Below, one piece after another: positions 37,912 to 48,429 of a stretch of 64,000 nt of DNA (position 1 is the stretch's first letter; each line of letters begins with the position of its first letter). Position numbers and translations under genes: made by a program. The DNA comes from a virus: the IMG/VR virus record IMGVR_UViG_3300045988_184146, one strand, 5' to 3'. Below the pieces are notes generated by a model. That model ran no database searches, was not told the origin of the DNA, and was given only the letters and a program-made list of their open reading frames with translations.

Positions 37912-39339
37912 ATGAAAAGAACTGATGAACCAACAAAGAGCCAATCTTTGGAAGGTAAGTTTTATTTAAAAGCAGTAGCTAAACTTTTATCTGAAAAACC
38001 GGAAGATATCTCAGTTATTGATTTGGGTGGATCTTTATTCAATTCTCGTGTTGCTTACTACGATGATAGCACAAAAACGATTTATTTAATCGAATCATCT
38101 GATGGTGGAATCAATCTAATCAATATAAAGATGATGAAAGAAAAACTTGAAAAACCACTGAATATTTACAACCTAATACCTGTAACTGCTTCAGTGAAGA
38201 TTCAACAAAATGAGGATGAATTTAAAAGATTACTGTTTAATTCTATCAGAAAAGATTTTGAAGATTCAACCTTATCTGATAATTTAAAAAAGGATGACTT
38301 TGTTCCTTTTGTAAAAAATTACCTAAAATCAATAAATATTAAAGGTGATGAGGGATACAAATCGATTTTGTTCTTATTGGAACTCGGATTGAAAGCAAAA
38401 GATGTCCGAAAAAGTGAAAATTTTATGAAATACTTACAAAAAGTTACACTGGAACAATTTGGTTACTTAAAAGAAAATCCTTTGGATAATAGATTCTTCT
38501 TCCCATCTATCTTAATTTTGTTTGAGATTGACGATATTGTGAGTGGCAATTTACCAGGCGAGGTAGTTAAGTTTGTTGAAAAATCTGGGATCAAAAAACT
38601 TGTGGAGAGTGATTGGTTTGGTATTGACATCCAACTACACTTTATCTTGAAGGAGATGACACAGCTTGGATATTTGAAGAAGAAATATTTTTCTAATAAT
38701 CCGGAACGTGTTATTTTAACAGAAAAAGCTACAAAGTACCTCAATACAGCTGAAAAATATGAGTTGATGGATTACAACTTTTTAAAAGAATCACCATTTT
38801 ATCGCAGTGATATTTACACTTTTTTTAATAAGAAAGAAGAGTTACCTGATATTTTCTATAAATTCTTCAAAGAAGAAAAGAAAATTTTGGGGAAAAATCG
38901 TTGTATTAGATGTTGTGATTATTTCAGCAAAGAAAACAAATCCTTATCGCTCCTTGAATTACACAAGAAAAAGATTTTCAGTGTAACCTTTGATTATGAG
39001 GAAGGAAATCCACTAAACGAAAGCGGAGCTCTTTCTGAAGTATATCTTAAAGAAAATGTACTATCAAAACTTAAGGATAAAGGCGCTGTATTTTCGGACG
39101 TGTTAAAGAATTATTACGAGTTGATTTCTAACGAATACATTGACTTTTTCCTTTATAAGTATGATCAGAGTGATCTTCGTGATATGATTAATGGACTTAT
39201 CGAGGAAGCCAAGTCTGACTTGAGAGAGGAATTAGAAAAAGAATTTTCTTTAGAACGTGAAGAATTTGAACGAATTATTGAAAATAAGAATGATGAGATT
39301 TTTTACTTGACTCAAGAGATTGATGATCTTCGGGGTTAA
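37912..39339 (+). CDS. hypothetical protein (475 aa) with C-terminal coiled-coil
   Basis: module with hairpin ACTGAATTATTTTCAGT; terminator AAGAGGAAUAAACCUCUU. Confidence 0.8.
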   Translation: MKRTDEPTKSQSLEGKFYLKAVAKLLSEKPEDISVIDLGGSLFNSRVAYYDDSTKTIYLIESSDGGINLINIKMMKEKLEKPLNIYNLIPVTASVKIQQNEDEFKRLLFNSIRKDFEDSTLSDNLKKDDFVPFVKNYLKSINIKGDEGYKSILFLLELGLKAKDVRKSENFMKYLQKVTLEQFGYLKENPLDNRFFFPSILILFEIDDIVSGNLPGEVVKFVEKSGIKKLVESDWFGIDIQLHFILKEMTQLGYLKKKYFSNNPERVILTEKATKYLNTAEKYELMDYNFLKESPFYRSDIYTFFNKKEELPDIFYKFFKEEKKILGKNRCIRCCDYFSKENKSLSLLELHKKKIFSVTFDYEEGNPLNESGALSEVYLKENVLSKLKDKGAVFSDVLKNYYELISNEYIDFFLYKYDQSDLRDMINGLIEEAKSDLREELEKEFSLEREEFERIIENKNDEIFYLTQEIDDLRG

Positions 39340-39476
39340 ACATAAAAGTATAGCTTATAAAAAGAGGAATAAACCTCTTTTTATTTTTTTTTGCTTTAGT
39401 TTTTTTGTTTCTATATAATTTACAAAATAAAATAAATCCAAACATCTATGTTTGGTCGAACAGAAGGAAACAAAAA

Positions 39477-39507
39477 AACAATCCCTGGGTTAGGGGTTGT
39501 TTTTTTT
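39477..39507 (+). repeat. hairpin direct repeat, left copy (ACAATCCCTGGGTTAGGGGTTGT + T-run); a relic 5'UTR hairpin + SD (CCAAACATCTATGTTTGG..AGAAGGAAA, 39437..39470) with no gene precedes it
   Basis: same loop CTGGGTTAGG as the repeat at 39985; relic module identical to the one used by gene 16487..17017. Confidence 0.5.
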
Positions 39508-39589
39508 GCTCTAGATTTTTTAGATTCTATAATTATTACAAATAATAAAAAAACACTAGATTATTTATCTAGTAAAGAAGGAGCATAAA

Positions 39590-39955
39590 ATGAAAAACAC
39601 ACTAAAACTCGGTCTTACAGACCGTCACGCTGAAGGTATGCCCGTTATGGACGGGTTTATCTTTCCATCAGTTATCGATGATGTAACTGATGTTAAAGCA
39701 ATGGACAGAATGGCAGCTGAAGCTATCTTGCCATTGCTCCAATTTAAAAAAGTTGCTAAGGAGGCCTTAGCAAACGCTGATATGGGCGACCAAGTCCTGT
39801 GGCAATCTGATAAAGGGATTGACCTATACGTGACTGGGCTTACGTCCCTCACAGCTGCTGTTATCAAGTTGGCAGCTTACGAGGGTATTGCCCTAACTTT
39901 GTGGCACTTTGATCGTGCTACAAATACATACTTCCCACAAGTTATTTTTAAATAA
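39590..39955 (+). CDS. hypothetical protein (121 aa), GC-rich (about 42% GC) cargo-like gene
   Basis: module hairpin CTAGATTATTTATCTAG + AAAGAAGGAG; flanked by the two hairpin repeats. Confidence 0.7.
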   Translation: MKNTLKLGLTDRHAEGMPVMDGFIFPSVIDDVTDVKAMDRMAAEAILPLLQFKKVAKEALANADMGDQVLWQSDKGIDLYVTGLTSLTAAVIKLAAYEGIALTLWHFDRATNTYFPQVIFK

Positions 39956-39984
39956 TTGTGGGGAGTATATCTTATCTTGCAAGA

Positions 39985-40016
39985 TTAAAATCGACTCCTG
40001 GGTTAGGAGTTGATTT
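39985..40016 (+). repeat. hairpin direct repeat, right copy (AATCGACTCCTGGGTTAGGAGTTGATT + T-run)
   Basis: matches the left copy in loop and architecture with compensatory stem changes. Confidence 0.5.
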
Positions 40017-40065
40017 TTTTATATTTTAAAAACAAAAAAGGAGTTTTTAAAACCCCTTTTCTTTA

Positions 40066-42060
40066 TTAAATCCAGTGAGAATATACATTCTCAATCAAAT
40101 CCAGGTAAGCCTGTTTGTTGAGATTCTTTGGTAGTTCTTCTGGAAGTTTATCGTTATAGAGTGTAACTGGAGATTCAGGTACGTTTATTACCTTGTTAAG
40201 TTGACCAGTTTTCATATTATAACTCTGAACTCGTTCGCCAGATTCGGTTAGCAGGAATCGATTGATACGAGGTGCTAACTTCAAATCAAAAACAGTTCTA
40301 GTTTCTCGTTGCGCTTTTGATACAAATGCAAATTCTGAAACATTTCCAGATTTGATTTCTTTCTCTAATAAATCAAGCAGCTCTTCCTCCGGATTCAAAA
40401 GTTTTTGTAGAATAACTTTATCAACAACCCGAGGTTTTGTTCCGAGTTTTTTGAGGTTTGAAAGTTGATGGTGAACTAGATCATCCCCTTTAGCCTCAAC
40501 CAAGACACCATCGTTTACTAGGATACGATCATTATCTGATTTTGCAATATACAAGTCAATCATTTCAGATCCAATCTTCATACCCCAGAACTCTTCCCAT
40601 TCACGAACAACACTTGTGATATCTTTCTCAGAAGTCCAAAACACACCATCTGTGTTAGCACTCCAAACTTCACCACCTGCACGCAGGATACGTGTCACTA
40701 GGTTAAATAGAAGAATTTGAAGGATGATACGTCCTTGAATCATACCGATTGGGTTGTAGATTGGTGTTCCGTTACGGTCTGCATTTCCGGTAGGTTCGTT
40801 AGTTGCTAATTTGCTTGACTCAACACCTTCATTAATTACAGTCACGAGATCTGAAATTGTTTTAACAGATTCTTCGATATTGATACCAAAATCTTTAATC
40901 TGCTCTTTTAGCTCAAACAAATCCAGGAATCCTTCGCTATTTGCTTTATCGATAAGTTTCTTTGCTTTTTTGTAGGCAAACTTATCCTCTTTGTATCCAC
41001 GATAAATTCCGGCGATTTCAGGACTGAAGATGTCCTTCGCTAGAATAATTTCAGTATAAGCGCCTTCCACGTCATCGTGATGAACATTTTCCTTACGGAC
41101 ACAAACGGTGTCTAGTCGTTTAGTATGTAAGCCACCACCGGAAGATGAAATTTCCAATTTATTATCAATTGTAAATTTATAGCTTGGGAAAGAAACTTCT
41201 TTGAAAACCTTTTCAGCTTCGAAGATGTGTCCACCTGAAGCAATAATTTCCAAGTATTTATCCATCGCAGCTTCCATCTCAGCTTGATAACGCTTCAACT
41301 CTTCCTTCCAGCCGTCAGGAATAAAATCCAATACGTTGCGACCATTAAATTGCCAGTCGAACTTCTTATCCTTGTGGTTTTTGAATTGCCCGTTTCGTGT
41401 GATACCTTCAGTTGCTAATTGGGCACCGGTTTTAGAAAAGAGGTGTTCTTTTCCATCTAGGTATCGGTCAATCATCGCAAGATGTTGTTTGTAACCAGCT
41501 GTAATATAAGGATGTTTAAACACAACCTTCATATTTGAAGAACGATTCATTGAATAAAGAACAACTTTCAAAAGTTTTTCTTCGTTCAACTTTTTCTTTG
41601 TCTTCAAATATACATCCGGTTCAGAAATTGATAAGCCCATACGGCCAGCGACTTCCTCTAGGGTTGTTCCTTGCTGCAATAAATTTGCAATATCAAAGAA
41701 ACCGTATGTTTGCTTTGGAGCTGGTGTAAGTTTCCAAGGCTTTACACGTTTAACAGTGAGCTGATTGTGCAACCAATCAATATCACTTTGATTTTTTCCT
41801 TGAGAAACAAGTGGCAAAATGTAAGAATCTAGGAACTTACCATTCCAGAAAACTACACGTTTGTTGTACAGGTAATTGTACAAGGCTTTGGAGTCTAAAT
41901 ATTTAGCTCCGTTCTTGTAAATCTCCGCTTGTTTAATTTTTCCACCAATTACAGACACGTACTTCTCATCTGAATCAAGTTCGGAAAATGTTGTGACTGT
42001 ATGATGTTTCAGTAGAATGATATCTACAAAAATAATTGGTTTGTTAATGTCTTTAGCCAT
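40066..42060 (-). CDS. large hypothetical protein (664 aa); weak primase/polymerase-like motifs (SSGGGLHT, ANTDGVFW) but unassigned
   Basis: clean ORF with module (hairpin CTAGCAAAGCTAG) upstream; no Walker A. Confidence 0.75.
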   Translation of the reverse strand: MAKDINKPIIFVDIILLKHHTVTTFSELDSDEKYVSVIGGKIKQAEIYKNGAKYLDSKALYNYLYNKRVVFWNGKFLDSYILPLVSQGKNQSDIDWLHNQLTVKRVKPWKLTPAPKQTYGFFDIANLLQQGTTLEEVAGRMGLSISEPDVYLKTKKKLNEEKLLKVVLYSMNRSSNMKVVFKHPYITAGYKQHLAMIDRYLDGKEHLFSKTGAQLATEGITRNGQFKNHKDKKFDWQFNGRNVLDFIPDGWKEELKRYQAEMEAAMDKYLEIIASGGHIFEAEKVFKEVSFPSYKFTIDNKLEISSSGGGLHTKRLDTVCVRKENVHHDDVEGAYTEIILAKDIFSPEIAGIYRGYKEDKFAYKKAKKLIDKANSEGFLDLFELKEQIKDFGINIEESVKTISDLVTVINEGVESSKLATNEPTGNADRNGTPIYNPIGMIQGRIILQILLFNLVTRILRAGGEVWSANTDGVFWTSEKDITSVVREWEEFWGMKIGSEMIDLYIAKSDNDRILVNDGVLVEAKGDDLVHHQLSNLKKLGTKPRVVDKVILQKLLNPEEELLDLLEKEIKSGNVSEFAFVSKAQRETRTVFDLKLAPRINRFLLTESGERVQSYNMKTGQLNKVINVPESPVTLYNDKLPEELPKNLNKQAYLDLIENVYSHWI

Positions 42061-42163
42061 AATAGCTACCTTCTTTCTATCTCTAGCTTTGCTAGGAATT
42101 TTTTATTAAATTATAAGAAAAATAAAAAGAATAGAGGTATAACTCTCTATTCTTTTTTTAAAA

Positions 42164-43207
42164 TTAAAACGGAAGATTACTGTCCATTTCTTCTAATATT
42201 TCAGAAACAATCCGGATAACCCTCTTGTTTTGTTCAGGATCACATTTAAATTGAAACATATCTATTAATTTTTTCATCGAATCATTCTGTAACAATCCGG
42301 ATTTTAATTGTTCATCACTTATAAGCCAAATTGGTTGGCTACCAGATAGAAAATCTTTAAATTCAAAGCAATTATCAGAAAGTAAGATTTTTTTGTAAAA
42401 TTCTTCAAAATCTTCCTTTGCTTTTTTAGCATAATATTTTAATAAATTTTCATAACCTTCACCACGAGGATCGATTAACATCTGGATTAAATTCTTATTC
42501 ATCCAGCTTGTTGAAAAGTCCTTAGTTGATAGTTTTATATTGTGATGACCAACTTTAGAAGAGTATCTTGTATGATAAAGTGATAGTTTGCTATCTGAAT
42601 CAATATAAAATTCTATTTTATTAGAACCTAAATTTGAATCCAAATCCAATTGATTGAAAATTGATAGTTTTTTTGTGAGATATTGAGAAATTCTTTTGAT
42701 AGTTTCTTCTCTATCAAGTTCAACGCTCGGTTTTTTGGTATTGATGAGATTGTTAAAAACATACGCTGTTTCAACTTCAAGTTTCTTAATATTTTTTGTT
42801 AAAAATTTATACATTTTTTTATTAATATCATCAGGAACCCCGGTAATATTCAATTTTGTGATTTCCAATAGATATCTATGATCTCTACTAAATTTACCAC
42901 CAGGTTTGAAATTAGTTTTTGAATCAAAAAATCTATAATCAATATCGAAAACTAAATTTTCGAGTATCTCATCGTGTTGAATAATGAGGTCTGGATTATT
43001 TGCAAACAAACGAATATCTCTATCATCACTATTAGTTTTGAATTTTGACTTGATTTCGCATAAAACCTTTTTAATTATCAGGTTGAATTTTACATCATCC
43101 CTTAAAACTTCAACAAATTCAGATGTATCAGTTTTTGCTAGATTTTTTGCAGTAGTCATTAAATTAACAAATTGACCGTTATCTTCTTGTTTTGTTTTTA
43201 TTACCAT
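42164..43207 (-). CDS. hypothetical protein, tandem family (conserved ANNP(D/H)LI..E and C-terminal DPEQxKRFAE..ELL motifs)
   Basis: 347 aa; module upstream. Confidence 0.8.
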   Translation of the reverse strand: MVIKTKQEDNGQFVNLMTTAKNLAKTDTSEFVEVLRDDVKFNLIIKKVLCEIKSKFKTNSDDRDIRLFANNPDLIIQHDEILENLVFDIDYRFFDSKTNFKPGGKFSRDHRYLLEITKLNITGVPDDINKKMYKFLTKNIKKLEVETAYVFNNLINTKKPSVELDREETIKRISQYLTKKLSIFNQLDLDSNLGSNKIEFYIDSDSKLSLYHTRYSSKVGHHNIKLSTKDFSTSWMNKNLIQMLIDPRGEGYENLLKYYAKKAKEDFEEFYKKILLSDNCFEFKDFLSGSQPIWLISDEQLKSGLLQNDSMKKLIDMFQFKCDPEQNKRVIRIVSEILEEMDSNLPF

Positions 43208-43272
43208 CTTTTCCTTCTTTCTAAACTTTTTATTTTTTTAAAATTATAAGAAAAGAATAGAGAGGTAACTCT

Positions 43273-44292
43273 CTATTCCTGTAATAATCTGGAGACAGCC
43301 TCCGCAAATCTTTTTCTCTGCTCAGGATCTTTTTCGTGCTGGATTAGAGATTTTAGCTGTTTAAATGCAACACGATTGCGAATCTCATCCTCAATCATTC
43401 CTTCGCTTAGAATAGCAAGCCCGTACTGCCCGGTTTTAACATTGTCAAGAGTAAATTTGTTACCTTCAAGAAGAAGTTTCGATAGATACATTTTAGCTTC
43501 TAGTTTTATTATCTTTGCATAATAAATAACAACATCATCATAAGAATCTCCGTATCTATCGTCCAACATTTTAATGTAAGATGTTTTTAAAAGATCTGGA
43601 CTCATTGAATACAAATAGACATCAACATCACAAAACATTGTGTAATCTTGTGTGTTAGATTCGAAAACATTACCTAAATTACCATCACTATCAACAAATA
43701 AAGAAATACGATTAGAGAGTCTTTCGATACCAAGAAATATATTGAATGGTGATAGATCTTCCTTCATCATTTTTGATACCTTAGAAATAACGTCATTGTG
43801 GGTTACTTCTTCTGGAGTCTCACTATTATATGGATCAATGTTGAGATCTATTTTCTTTATAAGAGAAACCTTTCTCTTTGCAATTTGAATCCGTTTTTCT
43901 AGCGATAAACTCATCTTCTTATTGATATTAGATGGAATATTACTTACCAAAAGATTTTTAATTAAAATTGTCTCGTAAGTATCATTACTCCAGGGAGATG
44001 ATATGATAGAATAAGGCCCGTCTTCAAAATCACAAGAAATTTCAAGTTCACTTACGATCTTGTCATATTCTAATATAAGATGAGGATTGTTAGCTAATAA
44101 ACGAACATCCCTATCTTTTGAATTTGATTTTAAAGATGAGCGCAAACAAGTCAAAATATAATCAATAGCATTGTTGAACGGATCGTTATCAAGTAAGTCT
44201 TCGTAAATTTCTTCAACACTCTTATTAGCAAGAACCTTCATCCTATTAACTAAATTGATAAAGTTTGTTTCATCTTTGGTAGTCTTTACCAT
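43273..44292 (-). CDS. hypothetical protein, same tandem family
   Basis: 339 aa. Confidence 0.8.
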   Translation of the reverse strand: MVKTTKDETNFINLVNRMKVLANKSVEEIYEDLLDNDPFNNAIDYILTCLRSSLKSNSKDRDVRLLANNPHLILEYDKIVSELEISCDFEDGPYSIISSPWSNDTYETILIKNLLVSNIPSNINKKMSLSLEKRIQIAKRKVSLIKKIDLNIDPYNSETPEEVTHNDVISKVSKMMKEDLSPFNIFLGIERLSNRISLFVDSDGNLGNVFESNTQDYTMFCDVDVYLYSMSPDLLKTSYIKMLDDRYGDSYDDVVIYYAKIIKLEAKMYLSKLLLEGNKFTLDNVKTGQYGLAILSEGMIEDEIRNRVAFKQLKSLIQHEKDPEQRKRFAEAVSRLLQE

Positions 44293-44398
44293 TTTTTCAC
44301 CTTCTTTCTAAAATTATTACAGTTTTCAAATATTTCTTAAATTATAACAGAACTGACCGACATCAATGTCGGTCAGTTAAAAACTTAAATTAATATAG

Positions 44399-45358
44399 CT
44401 ATTCTAACAATAATTCTGTAATAATATCAGCGAAGCGTTTTTTATTTTCTTTCGTTTCGTTATATAAAAGTTCTTTAATAGCACAGAAGCTATTATTGTA
44501 ACGCAATTCGCTTTTTATTTTTTTATCAGTGAAATAATCTAATGAGGCTGTTCTAGCCTCCAAATCTTTAAAGGAAAAGATATCCTCTTCAATTAAAAAT
44601 TTTGCACTTAATTCTAGAGCCCTTTTTCTAATTTTATCACAGTAATCTTTTAATAAAAACTTTTCATCTTCATCGTCAATAAATGATTTTAAAAATAACT
44701 TATTATCCCGAGATAAAAAATTGGTTTTATCGTTAATGCCAATCTTCAAGTTTAACAAATCAATAAGATGATTTTTGAAGCTAAGAGATAATTTTTTATT
44801 TTTATCAAGATAAACAGTGGTTGTTTTGAGACGGTGGTGTGACGATTTTTCGGAATGATAGATATGGTTAGCAAAGGATAATTTTTCCTTCAAATACTTA
44901 GATAAAGAAGTTGCAACTTTATCTTCAGATTTGCATTTTGAGTCAACACGAAATGAAACTGTAAAGTATTCCCAACTAGATCCATTAGAAATTTTCTTAA
45001 CTTTAGTATTAATTTTATCCTTAAATTCTTTCTTGATTTTTTCTGGAAATATTACAGAAACATACTTACCAACCTCAAAAGTATTGCTTGAGTTTTCGAC
45101 GATATTAAAATCAAATTTTAAATCCTTAACCGCCTTCTCATACTCAAAGATTAATTCCGGATTTTCCGCAAACATCTTTGCAAAATCATCAGTGTAATTC
45201 AATCGTGCGTACAAATCAGCAAATTCATCATAGATTTCTTTTACAATTTTAGCCTCACCTATTTTTGATAAAATATCCTCATCACTCATTTTTGCAATAT
45301 TCTTAAGCGACAAAGATAGTTCTAAAACTTCATTATTATTATCTTTCGAACTTTTCAT
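44399..45358 (-). CDS. hypothetical protein, same tandem family
   Basis: 319 aa; 5' end and first codons (MKSSK) duplicated in the next gene. Confidence 0.8.
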   Translation of the reverse strand: MKSSKDNNNEVLELSLSLKNIAKMSDEDILSKIGEAKIVKEIYDEFADLYARLNYTDDFAKMFAENPELIFEYEKAVKDLKFDFNIVENSSNTFEVGKYVSVIFPEKIKKEFKDKINTKVKKISNGSSWEYFTVSFRVDSKCKSEDKVATSLSKYLKEKLSFANHIYHSEKSSHHRLKTTTVYLDKNKKLSLSFKNHLIDLLNLKIGINDKTNFLSRDNKLFLKSFIDDEDEKFLLKDYCDKIRKRALELSAKFLIEEDIFSFKDLEARTASLDYFTDKKIKSELRYNNSFCAIKELLYNETKENKKRFADIITELLLE

Positions 45359-45387
45359 TCGAGCACCTTCTTTCTTTATTTAAATTA

Positions 45388-45693
45388 CTACAAATTGTTA
45401 ACCAACAACTCTTTTACCAAAAGGAGTCTATTTTCAGTCTTTTCCAACCACTCCGGCAAATCATCGTCAGGTTTCCACGAATATTTTTTCTCTAGCAAGG
45501 ATAGTTGTGCTTTGTCTCCAAACTCCATATTCTCGGACAACCAACGGACGAAATCTGTATCAGATAAAGTGTAAATCATTACGGTTAGATTTTCTGGGTT
45601 AATATCTGCTCCAAAATTGGGCCAGATAACTTTCAAAAAGTCATAAACTTTTTCTGGAGCAACAAGTTGTGTATTACCTTTCGAACTTTTCAT
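45388..45693 (-). CDS. small hypothetical protein (101 aa) sharing promoter/SD/first five codons with 44399..45358
   Basis: local duplication of the translation-initiation region. Confidence 0.6.
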   Translation of the reverse strand: MKSSKGNTQLVAPEKVYDFLKVIWPNFGADINPENLTVMIYTLSDTDFVRWLSENMEFGDKAQLSLLEKKYSWKPDDDLPEWLEKTENRLLLVKELLVNNL

Positions 45694-45782
45694 TCGAACA
45701 CCTTCTTTCTTTATATTTTTTCTTTAATTATAAAAGAGAATTGATTACAAAAACCAACTCTCTTAATCTCCACGTCTACTTC

Positions 45783-46630
45783 TTAGGAGAGAACTTTTTT
45801 AGCTTCTTTTTTGAAGATTTTTATTAACTTCAACAAGAAAACATCTTCTGAAATTTTTCCGAATGTGTAATCAAAGAAATTATCGTTGATATGAGGGTCG
45901 ATTGAGTTGATTTCGAACCTTGGGATGTGACGGGCAACGGATAAATAAAAATCTAAAATCGTTTTGCGATTTTTATTGTTTGTAATAAATAATTTACCAT
46001 TCTGATCAAAAGAAAGCGTGACTCTCACAGAATCAATAGCACGATGATCAAAAATCAAATTAACAACATTTCCTTGATTGCTAATCATTGAACGAACAGA
46101 TTCAAGAATACGTGAATACTCATTTTGTTCGAATGGTGAATAATAAAATGTTCGATCACTCAGCAAAAAACCCTCGTCAAGTTCTTTTAGGTTGTTTGAG
46201 ATATAATCGATATATTTGCAAAGATTAGGATTTGTATTTTTGGGAAAAATAAGTTTAATGTCATCAATTTTGTATACAGGTATTCCCATCTCAAAACTAT
46301 CTAAATCATTACCTTTGATAATCTCTGATTTAAAACGAATTTTATTCAACATAGGAAGAACCAGTTCGTCATTTTGGTAATCAACTTCAATTTCCATTTT
46401 TTGGATAGTTTCAAAAAATTCAAAAATCAATTCCGGATTTTCGTGAAACATAATAATTCCATCATCACCATCTCGACTTTTATCTAATCGAGCACGCTCT
46501 TTAGCCTCTTCGAAAACCTCATCAAATTTTTTTCTAACAGAACCTAATCGGTTGATAAGAGCCTTGTTCTTCTTGAACTGTTTCAGGAGATCCTGCTCGC
46601 TTCCACTACGTAAAAATTCTAGTTTTTCAT
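45783..46630 (-). pseudogene. member of the tandem family with an in-frame TAG at codon 4 (ATG AAA AAC TAG) and no SD; annotated ORF 45783..46451 is only the part after an internal Met
   Basis: the 60 aa upstream of the internal Met align with paralogue N-termini; third TnpB element inserted immediately upstream. Confidence 0.55.
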
Positions 46631-46877
46631 TAAGTTTAGTTGTGGTACAAGAATTATGAAATAGTGTCTACTCCATAATTCAAGATTGTTTTTCGTCAGT
46701 GACCACAATGACTATTTCATCTTAAAGCAAATGAATATTTTAATTTTATTCTCTTATCCGTTTCACCACAGGGGAATCGCAACATCAAAGATAATAAAAA
46801 GTTATTTTAATTTTAATTTCCACACAGAGCCAGACGTCAATCGCTCGGTCTTATTCTGGATAAGTAGAAATACTATG

Positions 46878-48230
46878 TTATTTTATTTTATCTGTTAAAA
46901 ACATACCTCTACGAGCAATAACATAAGAGGCTCCTGAGTGTATATTTAATTTCATTTTAGGACAATATTTTTGTTTTGCAATCCAACTAGTCCAAGCTGG
47001 ATTAACTTTGTGTAAGAAAATTCTATTCTTAACGCATTTCGAAGTTATGATAGAATCGAATTTAGAATAAGCGAGAGATGATAACATCTCATTATATTTT
47101 TTGCCTTTTTTACTGATTAAACCATCTTTCTTTTTGTTGAAATTAAGTTTTTCTATAACTAAATCTTTTCCAGTATTTAAACAATAGTTTTTTAATTTAG
47201 TAGCTATATATCGAAAATCGTTTGATGTTTGATTTCCTTTACTATATTGGTAATTTATATTAAAAGTATTTATCAAATTTCCATACTTATCTGTTTCACT
47301 AACTGATACGAAACCTTTGTTGAAATCAACTCCAATAACTCCACAACTATCTCTAGTAATACACAAATCTTTGTTATGTTTAAGGTTGTACATAATTTGA
47401 AGAAAGACTCTATTATCTTTAATCTTAATTCTATAAGTTAATGCACTTTCCTTTGTTCGAAGTAGATTTTTCAATAAATTATTATAAATTTTATTATTGA
47501 AATAAAAATTCCCATAAACAAATTTGTTGTTTTCTAAGTCAATTTCTTTTCTAATTCTAAAATAGAATTGATTTGTTTTTGAACTGTATTCAACTTGAAA
47601 ATTGTTATTACAAGCACCATCACCAGCTCTACCTAAAAAATAAATTTCATCATCTCTTTTTTTAACAAATTTCTTATAATCCTTTTTCAGTAGCTCTTTT
47701 GTTCCAAAACAAACTTTATATTTACCTGTTTCAATTTCATCAACAAGATTTTTTAGTTTTTGTTTTTTAGTGTTTAATCTATTTTGCTTCCAATAAATTT
47801 TAATTTTTAGATTTTTATATTTAGTGTAGTTAAAAACTTTAGGATCGTTTTTCAAATTAATTCTTTGTAAAGTTCTTTCATCTTTTAATTTAATAAGCTC
47901 TTTTTCAAGATTGAGTATCTTCCTCTCTAAGCTCTCTCTTTCGAACTTTTTTAATCCTTTAATAGATTCATATCGACCTAACATATTACTCAATATTGCG
48001 TCTATCGCTCTACTTGTTAGATTAAATTCTTCTTTTAATTGAGTATGAATAATGTTTTTATCCTTTAGAGTGACCTTGCCATTCTTTATATAATAATTTT
48101 TAATTCTATGGAAAGTTAATCGTTGAATTTTATTAAATAGTTCAATGTAATCAGAAATGTATTTCCCTAACAACTGATTATATTCTTTATTTAATTTTAA
48201 TTCAGTTGTTATCGTAAATACATTACTCAT
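46878..48230 (-). CDS. tnpB: TnpB-like (IS605 OrfB family) protein, distinct lineage from the other two copies
   Basis: 450 aa; RuvC-like GVIGVDFNKG motif, C-terminal NPAWTSWIAKQKYCP..HSGASYVIARRG resembling the RuvC-III/zinc-finger end; AGGAGG SD. Confidence 0.7.
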   Translation of the reverse strand: MSNVFTITTELKLNKEYNQLLGKYISDYIELFNKIQRLTFHRIKNYYIKNGKVTLKDKNIIHTQLKEEFNLTSRAIDAILSNMLGRYESIKGLKKFERESLERKILNLEKELIKLKDERTLQRINLKNDPKVFNYTKYKNLKIKIYWKQNRLNTKKQKLKNLVDEIETGKYKVCFGTKELLKKDYKKFVKKRDDEIYFLGRAGDGACNNNFQVEYSSKTNQFYFRIRKEIDLENNKFVYGNFYFNNKIYNNLLKNLLRTKESALTYRIKIKDNRVFLQIMYNLKHNKDLCITRDSCGVIGVDFNKGFVSVSETDKYGNLINTFNINYQYSKGNQTSNDFRYIATKLKNYCLNTGKDLVIEKLNFNKKKDGLISKKGKKYNEMLSSLAYSKFDSIITSKCVKNRIFLHKVNPAWTSWIAKQKYCPKMKLNIHSGASYVIARRGMFLTDKIK

Positions 48231-48429
48231 TATTGGATACCTCCTTGTATTATATTACCGTGTTAAACAAAATTTTATGGTAAAAGTTATAATTATCTCT
48301 TATCATATATTATATATAAATAATATCAAAAAGTCATTATAAAACCTTCTTTCTTTTCATTCTTTTAATTTATTATATCAAAATTCGTACTTTTTTTCAA
48401 TAAAAAAAGAGGGTGCCGACCCTCATTTT

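Noticed and set aside
46686-46898. 70-aa plus-strand ORF between the third tnpB and the tandem family array
   Set aside because: It lies in the 3' non-coding end of the TnpB element (the expected omega-RNA/right-end region). It has no SD and an implausible composition.
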